Source: an uncultured delta proteobacterium
GTDB taxonomy: Bacteria > Myxococcota > Myxococcia > Myxococcales > Myxococcaceae
DNA: 64,000 bases
Direction of reading: 5' to 3'
Assembly (NCBI GenBank): GCA_963796055.1
Contig: CAWCKH010000004.1
Span: 512,001 to 576,000, forward strand
Shown here: piece after piece, positions 29,690-42,097 of the stretch
Position numbering within the stretch: position 1 is the stretch's first letter
How the letters are laid out: every line of letters starts with the position of its first letter
Notes under the pieces: model-generated
What the model saw: the letters and a program-made list of their open reading frames with translations, nothing else
Database searches by the model: none
What the model was told of the DNA's origin: nothing
Made by a program: the position numbers and the translations under genes

Positions 29690-30220
29690 ATGCCGACCCT
29701 GCTACGAGCGGTCCTGATCGCTGGAGGCCTCGTCCACGCAGCGCTGACCAGTCCCTCCGGAGCCGCAGTGCTCATCTCGCTGCAAGGGACGGCTGGGCTC
29801 CACATCGAAGGCACGACCCACGAGCTCGCGATCTCCGAACGCGATGGCGAGCTCCTGTTCCATGTGCCGCTGGCCGGGATGGACACCGGCATCGGCCTGA
29901 GAAACCGGCACATGCGCGGATACCTCGACACCGCGCACTTCCCCGACGCGGAGCTCCGCGTGATGCGGAAGTCAGTGGTCTTCCCCGCGCCGGGAAAGAC
30001 CGCCGAGTCGGAAGCGGTGGGCACCCTCACCCTCCACGGAGTCTCCCGGCCCTGCTCCATCCACTACCGGGTGGAGCAGGTCGGGTCCGGTGAGCTCCGC
30101 GTCCACGGCACGACCCGGATCGACATGCGCGACTTCGGGATCGACGTTCCCTCGTACCTCGGAGTGCACGTCGATCCGGGCGTGGCGATCCAGGTCGACT
30201 TCGCCCTCCGTGACGTATGA
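29690..30220 (+). CDS. YceI-family periplasmic lipid/polyisoprenoid-binding protein
   Basis: Signal peptide, DTGIGLRNRHMR.YL....FP, GTLTLHGVSRP and DFGIDVP. Confidence 0.88.
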   Translation: MPTLLRAVLIAGGLVHAALTSPSGAAVLISLQGTAGLHIEGTTHELAISERDGELLFHVPLAGMDTGIGLRNRHMRGYLDTAHFPDAELRVMRKSVVFPAPGKTAESEAVGTLTLHGVSRPCSIHYRVEQVGSGELRVHGTTRIDMRDFGIDVPSYLGVHVDPGVAIQVDFALRDV

Positions 30221-31404
30221 GGAATGCTCTCTGGCTTCTGGCGCTGATGGTCTGCGGCGCGTCGGGCAGTGCCCACGCCTATCCCTTCATGATCCGGCAC
30301 GGATACACGCAGTGCGCAACCTGCCACACCGACCCCTCGGGCGGGACGCTGCTCAACGAATACGGTCGGGCTCAGAGCGAGCTGCTCCTCAGCTCCATCT
30401 ACGGAGGCGGAGACCAGCTCTCCGACTCCGAAGAGACGGAACCGACGGCCGGGCGGTTCCTCGGGTTCGCCGCGCTTCCTTCCTGGTTTCGCCTCGGCGG
30501 CTGGGTCCGGGAGGGGTACATCTGGAATGCAGTCGACGGTCGCATCGTCGACCGGCGTCTCTTGCAGATGCGGGCCGACGTCGGAGCGGATCTCCGGATC
30601 GGCGCCTTCCGGGCGGCCGCGGAGCTCGGTTACTCCAGCGCTGACGCCACGCCCTTCACTCAGCTGGCCCAGATCACCCGCAGCACCACCGGGCCGAATC
30701 TCATCGGACGCGAGTTCTGGCTCGGGGTCGAGACCTCCGGAGGTGATGGGCTTCTCCGGGCGGGGCGGATCAACATTCCCTTCGGTCTCCGCAACCTCGA
30801 GCACACCTCGTTCGTGAGGCTGGCCACCCAGACCGACGCCAACGACGACCAGACCTACGGGGTGGCCTTCGCCATCTCCAAGCGCACCTGGCGCGCGGAG
30901 GTGATGGCCTTGCTCGGAAACCTCTCGGTGCACCCCGACGCGTACCGGGAGCGCGGCGGCGCAGGCTACCTCGAGCTCTCGCTCGCGCCGACCGCCGCCG
31001 TGGGCATCAGCGCACTGGCGGCGAGGACGGACGCCTCCCTGGTGACCCGTCACCCCACGCTCCGGCAGGCCTACGGTGGTTTCGCCAGAGTTTCGCCCTG
31101 GCAGCCGCTGGTGGTGCAGGTGGAGGCCGACCTGGTTCTGAACAAGCAGCTGGGCGGCGGTCCGCAGGACGTGGGCCATGCCGAGTGGCTCCAGACCGAC
31201 GTGGAGGTGTTCCGCGGGCTGCATCTGATCGGTGCGCTCGAGGGCAGAAAGACCGGGGCCACGCCGGTCCTCGAGAAAGGAGCCTGGGGGGGCCTGTGGT
31301 GGTTCGCCGTTCCTCACCTCGACGTCCGTGCGGATGTGATCGAGCGCTGGAGCGAGGGACCCTCGACACTCACCTACCTGGTTCAAGTGAACGGATACCT
31401 GTGA
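30217..31404 (+). CDS. Exported protein with N-terminal monohaem c motif and probable outer-membrane beta-barrel
   Basis: Signal peptide ending AHA; YPFMIRHGYTQCATCHTDPSGG; alternating beta-strand pattern; C-terminal YLVQVNGYL. Confidence 0.75.
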   Translation: MRNALWLLALMVCGASGSAHAYPFMIRHGYTQCATCHTDPSGGTLLNEYGRAQSELLLSSIYGGGDQLSDSEETEPTAGRFLGFAALPSWFRLGGWVREGYIWNAVDGRIVDRRLLQMRADVGADLRIGAFRAAAELGYSSADATPFTQLAQITRSTTGPNLIGREFWLGVETSGGDGLLRAGRINIPFGLRNLEHTSFVRLATQTDANDDQTYGVAFAISKRTWRAEVMALLGNLSVHPDAYRERGGAGYLELSLAPTAAVGISALAARTDASLVTRHPTLRQAYGGFARVSPWQPLVVQVEADLVLNKQLGGGPQDVGHAEWLQTDVEVFRGLHLIGALEGRKTGATPVLEKGAWGGLWWFAVPHLDVRADVIERWSEGPSTLTYLVQVNGYL

Positions 31405-31895
31405 TGCGTCTTCCACTCTTCTTGTTCTTCGCGGTCGCCGTTGCCGTTCCGCTCGGCGCCCGGGCGACTCCCAACTTCCCGGGAGCGATAAGCCGGGATC
31501 TGCAGCTGTCGGCTCCACCAGCCTGCACCATCTGCCACGCCACCAACGAGGGTGGGATTGGAACGGTGGTGAAGCCCTTCGGCAAGTACCTCGTCTCGCG
31601 CGGTCTGTCGCCATTCGACGAGTCGTCCCTGGCCGGGTCGCTCGCCGCGGCCCAGGGCGAGCGTCACGACAGCGACGGCGACGGCATCTCCGACATCGCC
31701 GCGCTCCAGCAGGGCCTGGACCCCAATGGGGCTCCCGCCGCCGGGCCGCAGATCGAGGATCCGACCTTCGGCTGCAGCGCGACCGGGGGCGGGGCGGGCA
31801 ACACCTTCCTGCTCGCCCTGGTCGTGGCCCTTCGGCTGGCGGCTGCACGCGTGTGCTGCCTGCGCGGTCGCCAGCGCCCGGAACGGGGGAGCTGA
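31404..31895 (+). CDS. Small monohaem cytochrome c with a DxDGDG repeat and MYXO-CTERM-like tail
   Basis: Signal peptide (ARA), CTICH, DSDGDGISD...GLDPN, then GCSA-hydrophobic-basic tail; TGATG overlap with the upstream gene. Confidence 0.75.
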   Translation: MRLPLFLFFAVAVAVPLGARATPNFPGAISRDLQLSAPPACTICHATNEGGIGTVVKPFGKYLVSRGLSPFDESSLAGSLAAAQGERHDSDGDGISDIAALQQGLDPNGAPAAGPQIEDPTFGCSATGGGAGNTFLLALVVALRLAAARVCCLRGRQRPERGS

Positions 31896-31977
31896 TGCGC
31901 CGCGGGGGCGGCAGCCGTCAGCGGGTGCGAGGGCTCCTCGCCGCCGACCGCCTCCTGAGCCCCTCACCGGTCGGTCG

Positions 31978-32871
31978 TCAGTCGAAGACGACCGTTCGCC
32001 CCTTGTGAACGATGATCTTCCGCCGGAGGTGGCTCCAGATGGCTCGCGACAGGACCACCTTTTCCAGGTCTCGCCCGAAGCGGATCAGGTCCTTGGTCGA
32101 GTGCCGGTGTGACACACGCTGGACGTCCTGTTCGATGATCGGCCCGGCATCCAGCGTCTCGGTCACGTAGTGGCTCGTCGCTCCGATGATCTTCACGCCC
32201 CGCTCACGGGCCGAGTGGTACGGGCGAGCGCCGGGGAAGGCCGGAAGGAATGCGTGGTGGATGTTGATGATTCGATTTGGATACGCCCGCACGAACTCGC
32301 CGGTGAGAATCTGCATGTAGCGCGCGAGGACGACGAGGTCGATCCGATGGCTCTGGAGAAGCGCCAGCTGCTCTCTCTCGACCTCGCTCTTGTTCTCCTT
32401 CGTCACCGAGAAGGCGCGGAAGGCGATCCCGAACCTCCGGGCCACCGGCTCGAGGTCAGGATGATTGCCGACGATGACCGGCACCTCGACCGTCCACTCT
32501 CCGGACTCGCGGTGCGCGAGAATGTCGTAGAGGCACCAGGGGTCCTTCGAGACGAAGATCGCCATCCGAAGGACCTCGTCCGAGTAATGAAGCGACCACT
32601 CCGTGTCGGGCTCCGTACCGATCAGGAGGTGGAGACGTTCGGCGATCTCCTCGTCGGTCATCCCAAAGCTGGAGACGTCCCACTTCAGGCGGGTGTAGTA
32701 GTGATTGTCGTTCTCGGCGTCGACGTACTGATCATGGTAGAGCAGGCGCCCGTGGGTGTAGATGAACTGGGTCAGGCTGGCGGCCAGACCAAGGCGCAGC
32801 GGGCAGTGCAGGAGCAGAGTGACCGAACGAGCGACCTCGCGAAGGCTCTCCTTCCCCCGCTCACTGACCAT
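31978..32871 (-). CDS. purU: Formyltetrahydrofolate deformylase
   Basis: N-terminal ACT-like region, VLARYMQIL, INIHHAFLPAFPGARPY, GVKIIGATSHYV and LDAGPIIEQ. Confidence 0.94.
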   Translation of the reverse strand: MVSERGKESLREVARSVTLLLHCPLRLGLAASLTQFIYTHGRLLYHDQYVDAENDNHYYTRLKWDVSSFGMTDEEIAERLHLLIGTEPDTEWSLHYSDEVLRMAIFVSKDPWCLYDILAHRESGEWTVEVPVIVGNHPDLEPVARRFGIAFRAFSVTKENKSEVEREQLALLQSHRIDLVVLARYMQILTGEFVRAYPNRIINIHHAFLPAFPGARPYHSARERGVKIIGATSHYVTETLDAGPIIEQDVQRVSHRHSTKDLIRFGRDLEKVVLSRAIWSHLRRKIIVHKGRTVVFD

Positions 32872-33005
32872 GGACTCGACTGTCTACGACTCGTTCCGAT
32901 GAGGAGCAAGCGCCGACCCGGAATGCTCGCGAAGCCAGGGGCAGCACTCCGAGGGTGAAGGCGCCCATCACCGGCGGGCCGTCATCTGGCCGGCGGCATT
33001 TGCCC

Positions 33006-33968
33006 CTATCCCGCCGCGGCCACCTTCACCGCCTCGGTGGCGGCCACGGGAGTCAGCCAGTGCTCGAACCCCGCCCGCTGCCCCCGGGCCGCGGCGAGGT
33101 ACGCCGTCTGCAGCCCGCGGGTCACCGGCCCCATGCGCCCGGTTCCGATGGTCCGGAAATCGATTTCCCGCAAGGCGACGACCTCCGCCGCCGTCCCGCA
33201 CACGAAGACCTCGTCGGCCCCGTAGAGCTGATCGCGGGAGATGGGCTGCTTCACCACCTCGTGTCCCAGCTCGCGCGCCAGCTGGATGATCGAGTCACGG
33301 GTGAGCCCCTCCAGCACCGAGGCGTCCGGTGGAGTGAGCAGCACGCCATCCTTCACCAGGAAGATGTTCTCCCCGGTGCACTCGGCCACCAGGCCCTGGG
33401 CGTCGAGCATGATCGCCTCCTCGAACCCGAGCCGGAGCGACTCGGTCTTGGCCAGCACCGAGTTGGGGTAGTTCCCGGTGATCTTCGCCTTGGTCATCAT
33501 CACGTTCGGGTGGTGGCGGGTGAAGGAGGAGATGTTCGCCCGGACGCCGTTCTCGATCGCCTCCGTCCCGAGGTACGCCTTCCACTCCCAGACCGCGATC
33601 CCGAAGTAGGGCTTGCCGGCGTCCATGGTGAGGTTCCAGCCGCCCTCGGCGAGCCAGATCAGCGGACGCACGTAGCACTCTTCGTACCCGCTGGCCCGGA
33701 TCGTCTCCAGGCAGGCCTCCACCAGCTCCGGGACTCCATAGGGCAGCTCGCGCCAACCGAGCACCCGGGCGGAGTTGAGCAGCCGCGCCATGTGCTCGCG
33801 GAGCCGGAAGACTGCCGGCCCGCGTGGCGTGCGGTAGCAGCGAATGCCCTCGAAGACGCCGACGCCGTAGTGCAGCGCCGGAGTGAGGAAGTCCAGCTTG
33901 GCGTCCGCCGCCGCCACCAGCTTGCCGTTCAGCCACATCGGCGGCCTCTGCGCCTTCTTCGTCTCCAC
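33006..33968 (-). CDS. ilvE: Branched-chain amino-acid aminotransferase
   Basis: LHYGVGVFEGIRCY, KAKITGNY, ECTGENIF, LEGLTRD and ADEVFVCGTAAEV. Confidence 0.95.
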   Translation of the reverse strand: METKKAQRPPMWLNGKLVAAADAKLDFLTPALHYGVGVFEGIRCYRTPRGPAVFRLREHMARLLNSARVLGWRELPYGVPELVEACLETIRASGYEECYVRPLIWLAEGGWNLTMDAGKPYFGIAVWEWKAYLGTEAIENGVRANISSFTRHHPNVMMTKAKITGNYPNSVLAKTESLRLGFEEAIMLDAQGLVAECTGENIFLVKDGVLLTPPDASVLEGLTRDSIIQLARELGHEVVKQPISRDQLYGADEVFVCGTAAEVVALREIDFRTIGTGRMGPVTRGLQTAYLAAARGQRAGFEHWLTPVAATEAVKVAAAG

Positions 33969-34028
33969 GTGCTCTCCCTGGTTGGTGTCCCCCCGGGCCG
34001 CCCCCCCACGACGGCCCGGGAGGAAATC

Positions 34029-35054
<1,026 letters not shown>

Positions 35055-36758
35055 TCAGTGCTCCTTTGGGGTTGAGCTGCGCGGCGGGAGGGTGATCGCG
35101 CCCTCCGCCGCCGAGGTGACGAGCGCCGCGTACTTGGCGAACACGCCCGAGGTGTAGCGAGGAGCCGGCGGAGACCAGGCCCGGAGGCGGGCGGCGATCT
35201 CCTCGGCCGGGAGCTCTACTCGTAGCTCGCGTGCGTTCACGTCGATGACCACCAGGTCTCCGTCGTGAACCGCGGCGATCGGTCCGCAGGCTGCGGCCTC
35301 CGGGGCCACGTGACCCACCATCAGACCGCGGGTCGCGCCACTGAAGCGGCCGTCGGTGATCAGCGCCACCTGCTCGCCGAGGCCTTGACCGACCAGCGCC
35401 GCGGTGACCCCGAGCATCTCCCGCATGCCCGGGCCGCCCCGCGGGCCCTCGTAGCGGATGACCAGCACGTCGTCCTTGCGGATCCGCCCCGCGCGGACGG
35501 CGGCGAAGGCGTCCTCCTCGCGCTCGAACACCCGGGCCGGCCCGCGGTGGTACGCCCGCTCGTGGCCCGCCATCTTCAGCACGCAGCCGTCGGGCGCGAG
35601 GTTCCCGCGGAGGATGACCAGACCTCCGCTGGGGCTCACCGGATCGGCCAGCGGCCGCACGACTCCTTGACCCGGCGTCTCCCGGGCCGCGGCCGCGTGC
35701 TCCGACCAGCGCCTGCCGTCCACGGCGAGCGCCTCGCCGTCGAGTCTGCCGGCCTCGATCAGCCGCGACACCAGCAGCGGCACCCCGCCCGCCCGGTCCA
35801 TGTCCACCGCGACGTACCTTCCGCCGGGCTTGAGGTCGGCCAGGAGCGGCGTGCGCCTGCTGACAAGGTCGAAATCGTCGATGGCCAGCGGGATGCCGGC
35901 CTCGCGCGCCAGCGCCAGAAGGTGGAGAACGGCGTTGGTGGACCCTCCGGTCGCGGCAACGGCGGCGATCGCGTTCTCGAACGACGCCCGGGTCAGGTGC
36001 TGCCTGGGCCGCATGCCCGCCTGCAGCAGCCGGACCACGAGCGCGCCTGCGGCCCGCGTCGCCTCGTCCTTGCGCGGGTCCTCTGCGGGAATGGTGGCGT
36101 AGCCCACCGGGGAGAGCCCGAGCACCTCGATGGCCAGCGCCATGGTGTTCGCCGTGTACTGGCCCCCGCACGCTCCGCTGCCGGGGCAGGCGGAGTTCTC
36201 GAGCTCCCGGAGCTGCGCCGCGGACATCCGGCCGGCCGCGTGCGCCCCCACCCCCTCGAAGACGTCCTGGATGGTCACGTCGCGCCCCTCGAACCGGCCG
36301 GGGCGAATCGAGCCGCCGTAGAGCACCAGCGAGGGCAGGTCCAGCCGGAGCAGCGCCATCGCCCCCGCGGGAATGGTCTTGTCGCAGCCGACCAGGGCGA
36401 CCATCCCGTCGAAGAGGTGGCCGCGGCCCACCAGCTCGATGGAGTCGGCGATCACCTCGCGGCTGACCAGCGAGGCCTTCATCCCCTCGGTCCCCATGGT
36501 CACCCCGTCGCTGATGGCGATGGTGTCGAACTCCATCGGCGTGCAGCCGGCAGCCCGGATGCCCTGCTTCACCTGCTCCGCGAGCCGGCGGAGATGGAAG
36601 TTGCAAGGCATGGTCTCGGTCCAGGTGCTCGCCACGCCGATCAGGGGCCGAGCGAGGTCCTCCGAGCTGAAGCCGATGGCCTTGAGCATCGACCGGGCCG
36701 GGGCACGGTCCGGTCCCTCCGTGAGCGCGCGGCTCTTGTGGCGCAGGTCGCCCGGCAT
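35055..36758 (-). CDS. ilvD: Dihydroxy-acid dehydratase
   Basis: [44 protein letters not shown] and TDGRFSG. Confidence 0.97.
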   Translation of the reverse strand: MPGDLRHKSRALTEGPDRAPARSMLKAIGFSSEDLARPLIGVASTWTETMPCNFHLRRLAEQVKQGIRAAGCTPMEFDTIAISDGVTMGTEGMKASLVSREVIADSIELVGRGHLFDGMVALVGCDKTIPAGAMALLRLDLPSLVLYGGSIRPGRFEGRDVTIQDVFEGVGAHAAGRMSAAQLRELENSACPGSGACGGQYTANTMALAIEVLGLSPVGYATIPAEDPRKDEATRAAGALVVRLLQAGMRPRQHLTRASFENAIAAVAATGGSTNAVLHLLALAREAGIPLAIDDFDLVSRRTPLLADLKPGGRYVAVDMDRAGGVPLLVSRLIEAGRLDGEALAVDGRRWSEHAAAARETPGQGVVRPLADPVSPSGGLVILRGNLAPDGCVLKMAGHERAYHRGPARVFEREEDAFAAVRAGRIRKDDVLVIRYEGPRGGPGMREMLGVTAALVGQGLGEQVALITDGRFSGATRGLMVGHVAPEAAACGPIAAVHDGDLVVIDVNARELRVELPAEEIAARLRAWSPPAPRYTSGVFAKYAALVTSAAEGAITLPPRSSTPKEH

Positions 36759-37864
36759 CAGCGCTCCTCCATCTGCAGCTGGGGCCTCTGCCTGCCCGGC
36801 ACCGCGCGGCGGAGCGCACGGAGCACCGCGCTGCCCGCCTCCTGCGTGCTGGCGGAGTGCCGGCCGGGCGGAGTGACGTCCTCGGTCAGCACGCCCTCCT
36901 CGAGCGCAGCGCTCACCGCAGCTTCCAGCGCCCAGGCCGCCCCGAGCAACCCCAGCGAGAGACGGAGGAGCATCGCCGCGCTGAGGATCGCCCCGTAGGG
37001 ATTGGCCACTCCCCGGCCGGCGAGCGCCGGCGCTGAGCCGTGGATCGGCTCGTAGAGCCCGAGCGGCCCGTCGCCCAGCGACGCCGAGGGGAGCATCCCG
37101 ATGGAGCCTCCGAGAACCGCCGCCTCGTCGGTGAGCACGTCGCCGAAGAGGTTCTCGGTGACGATCACGTCGAAGGACCTCGGCGCCCGCACCAGCTGCA
37201 TCGCGCAGGAATCGACCAGCTGGTGGTCGAGCTGCACGTCGGGGAACTCGCTCTCCACCACCCGCGTCGTCACCTCTCTCCACAGCCGGGAGGTCTCCAG
37301 CACGTTGGCCTTGTCCACCGAGGTGAGCTTCCGGCGACGGGCCAGGGCGTAGCCGGCGGCGGCGCGCACCACGCGCTCGACTTCGCCGACCGTGTAGGAG
37401 CACACGTCCTCGGCGCGGTCCCCCTCACGCCGCTTGGCGCCGAAGTAGATGCCGCCGGTCAGCTCGCGGACCACCAGGAGGTCGACCCCTCGGAGCAGCT
37501 CGGGTCGGAGCGGTGAGCTGGGAATGACCTGCGGGTGAACGGTGACCGGGCGGAGGTTGGCGAACAGTCCCAGCTCCCGGCGCAGCGCGAGCAGACCCTG
37601 CTCGGGCCGGACCCTCGCCTCGGGCGGCCACCGCGGTCCTCCCACTGCCCCGAGCAGGACGGCGCTCGCCGAGCGGCACAGGGCGAGCGTCTCCTCGGGG
37701 AGCGCCGAGCCGGTCTGATCGATGGCGCACCCACCGATGAGCGCATGCCGGAGCTCCACCGTCTCTCCGTGCAGGGCGGCCGCCTCGACCAGGGCGCGCG
37801 CCGCGAGCTCGGTCACCTCGGGGCCGATCCCGTCGCCCCCCAGCACCGCGACCAGATGGCTCAT
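36758..37864 (-). CDS. leuB: 3-Isopropylmalate dehydrogenase
   Basis: [35 protein letters not shown] and EPIHGSAP. Confidence 0.96.
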   Translation of the reverse strand: MSHLVAVLGGDGIGPEVTELAARALVEAAALHGETVELRHALIGGCAIDQTGSALPEETLALCRSASAVLLGAVGGPRWPPEARVRPEQGLLALRRELGLFANLRPVTVHPQVIPSSPLRPELLRGVDLLVVRELTGGIYFGAKRREGDRAEDVCSYTVGEVERVVRAAAGYALARRRKLTSVDKANVLETSRLWREVTTRVVESEFPDVQLDHQLVDSCAMQLVRAPRSFDVIVTENLFGDVLTDEAAVLGGSIGMLPSASLGDGPLGLYEPIHGSAPALAGRGVANPYGAILSAAMLLRLSLGLLGAAWALEAAVSAALEEGVLTEDVTPPGRHSASTQEAGSAVLRALRRAVPGRQRPQLQMEER

Positions 37865-38448
37865 CTGCCCTCCTCGCGGCGGCGGGCCTGCTCGTAGGCG
37901 GCGATCGCCTCGGCCTGGCCGAGGAGGAAGCCCAGCTCGTCCGTCCCGTCGAGCAGACAGCGGCGGGCGAAGGGATCGATGGAGAAGCGGGCCCGGACGC
38001 CGGGCGCGATGACCTCCTGCGCCTCGAGGTCCACCGTCACCTCCACGAAGGGCTGGGCGAGCAGCGCCCGGTGCGCCTCCTCGTCCACCACCGCCGGCAC
38101 CAGCCCATTCTTGACCGCGTTGTTCCGGAAGATGTCGGCGATGGAAGCGCTGATCACCGCCCGGAACCCGTGGTCCACCAGCGCCCAGGGCGCGTGCTCC
38201 CGCGACGAGCCGCAACCGAAGTTGGCCCCGGCCACCAGGACGCGGGCCTCGGATGCCCGGGGGTCGTTGAGCGGAAAGTCGGCCACCGGAGCACCCTGCG
38301 CGTCGTACCGCCACCCGGCGAAGAGCCACCGCCCCAGCCCTTCCCGGGTGGTCCCCTTCAGGAAGCGCGCGGGGATGATCTGGTCGGTGTCGATGTCGCG
38401 CCGGGGGAGCACCACTGCCCGGGAGGTGAGCGTGCGGAAGGGCTGCAT
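37861..38448 (-). CDS. leuD: 3-Isopropylmalate dehydratase small subunit
   Basis: [13 protein letters not shown] and [15 protein letters not shown]. Confidence 0.96.
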   Translation of the reverse strand: MQPFRTLTSRAVVLPRRDIDTDQIIPARFLKGTTREGLGRWLFAGWRYDAQGAPVADFPLNDPRASEARVLVAGANFGCGSSREHAPWALVDHGFRAVISASIADIFRNNAVKNGLVPAVVDEEAHRALLAQPFVEVTVDLEAQEVIAPGVRARFSIDPFARRCLLDGTDELGFLLGQAEAIAAYEQARRREEGR

Positions 38449-39891
38449 CAGCGTCTCCCCTCTCCCCGGCCGTCGAGGAAGCCCCGCGGATCGGCCAGCG
38501 CCCCGGCGATGGCCGCGGCAGCGGCCGTGAGCGGGCTGGCGAGGAAGGTGCGTGCTCCCGGCCCCTGCCGGCCCTCGAAGTTGCGGTTGGAGGTGCTCAC
38601 CGCGGACTGGCCCGGCGCCACCAGATCGCCGTTCATCGCGATGCACATCGAGCAGCCCGGCTCTCGCCACTCCGCGCCGGCCTCGAGGAAGACCCGGTGC
38701 AGCCCCTCGGCCTCCGCCGCGCGCTTCACCTCCCGTGAGCCGGGGACCACCAGGGCCCTGACCCGTGGTGCCACCCGGCGGCCGCGGAGAACCGACGCCG
38801 CGGCACGGAGGTCGGAGAGCCGGCCGTTGGTGCAGGAACCGATGAACACCACGTCGATGGGGTGCCCCTGGAGCGGCTGTCCGGGCTGCAGCCCCATGTA
38901 GCGCAGGGCCGCCTCGAGGGCGCGGCGGGTCGACGGCTCGCGCTCGCGCTCCGGCTCCGGGACACGCCCCGACACCGGTGCGGACATGCCCGGGTTGGTG
39001 CCGAAGGTGATGGTGGGCTCGAGCGCCGAGGCGTCGATCTCGATCGCCGCGTCGAACCGCGCGCCCGGATCGCTCCTCAGGGTCCGCCAGCGGTCCAGCG
39101 CGGCGTCCCACGCCTTCCCCTTCGGTGCGCGGGGCCGGCCGTGCAGGTACTCGAACGTCGTGTCGTCCGGGGCGACCAGGCCGGCGCGGGCCCCGGCCTC
39201 GATGGACATGTTGCAGAGGGTCATCCGCGCTTCCATCGGCAGCGCGCGGATCGCCTCGCCGGCGTACTCCAGGACGTGGCCGGTCCCTCCGGACACCCCG
39301 AGCCGGGAGATGATCTCCAGGATCAGGTCCTTGGCGGTGACGCAGGGCCCGAGCCGGCCCTGCACCCGGACCTCCATGGTCCGCGGACGCCGCTGGAGCA
39401 GGCACTGGGTGGCCAGCACGTGCCCCACCTCGCTGGTGCCGATGCCGAAGGCGAAGGCGCCGAACGCGCCGTGGGTGCTGGTGTGGCTGTCGCCACAGAC
39501 CACCGTGCGCCCGGGCTGGGTCAAGCCGAGCTCGGGCCCGATGACGTGGACGATGCCCTGGTGTTCGGCGCCCAGAGGGTGCAGCTCGACGCCGAACTCG
39601 CGGCAATTCCGCTCCAGCGCGTCGAGCTGGCTCCGGCATTCCACATCCGTGATCTCCACCTCGCCCGCCGTGCCCGCGGGCGTGGTGGGGATGGAGTGGT
39701 CCATCGTCGCCAGGGTCAGGTCCGGACGGCGCACCCGCAGCCCGCGCTCGCGGAGCATGGTGAAGGCCTGCGGCGAGGTGACCTCGTGCACCAGGTGCAG
39801 GTCCACGAAGAGCACCGCCGGTGTCTCTGCCGTCTCTGGACGGACCAGGTGGTCGGTCCAGATCCGGTCGAACAGGGTCCGCGCACCAGGC

Positions 39892-39905
<14 letters not shown>
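38448..39905 (-). CDS. leuC: 3-Isopropylmalate dehydratase large subunit
   Basis: [36 protein letters not shown] and [12 protein letters not shown]. Confidence 0.97.
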
Positions 39906-41469
<1,564 letters not shown>

Positions 41470-41533
41470 CTCTGGTGTCTCCTGGGAAAGGTGCTCTGGC
41501 GCTCCAGCGCCGGTGTTCGTTCGTGCTCCGGGA

Positions 41534-42097
41534 TCAGGCCGCGAGATCTCCCTCGGACGGGCCGGCCACGCCCTGCATCGCCGCACCGCGGGCCATGGCC
41601 ACTGCCCCGGTCCGGACCATCTCCAGAATTCCGAATGGGCGGAGCAGCTCGATCAGCCCATCCAGCTTCTCCGGGGTGCCGGTCACCTCGGCGGTGAGCG
41701 CCTCGGGGGCCACGTCCACCACCCGGGCGCGGAAGGTCTCGCAGAGCTGGAGGATCTCCCCCCGCCGCTCGGCGCCGGCGCGCACCTTGACGAAGGCCAG
41801 CTCCCGCGAGACCGCCGGGGCGTGGGTCACGTCGTGGACCTCGAGGACGTTGACCAGCTTGTAGAGGTTGGCCTCCAGCCGCTGAGCGGTGTCCTCGTCG
41901 CACTGCACCACCAGGGTGATGCGCGAGACCCCTTCCCGCTCGGTGCGGCCGACGGTGAGCGAGTCGATGTTGAAGCCCCGCCGGCGGAAGAGCGAGACCA
42001 CCCGGTTCAGGGTGCCGGGCCGGTCCTCCACGTAGGCGATGAAGGTACGGGAAATGCGCCGGCCGCTGGGTGCGGCAAAGGCCGAGTCATGACTCAT
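41534..42097 (-). CDS. ilvN: Acetolactate synthase small (regulatory) subunit
   Basis: DRPGTLNRVVSLFRRRGFNIDSLTVG and EMVRTGAVAM. Confidence 0.95.
   Translation of the reverse strand: MSHDSAFAAPSGRRISRTFIAYVEDRPGTLNRVVSLFRRRGFNIDSLTVGRTEREGVSRITLVVQCDEDTAQRLEANLYKLVNVLEVHDVTHAPAVSRELAFVKVRAGAERRGEILQLCETFRARVVDVAPEALTAEVTGTPEKLDGLIELLRPFGILEMVRTGAVAMARGAAMQGVAGPSEGDLAA

Noticed and set aside
35055..39639. Apparent long N-terminal extensions on ilvD, leuB and leuD
   Set aside because: These are open alternative frames over the upstream genes; the true starts overlap the upstream stop codons.
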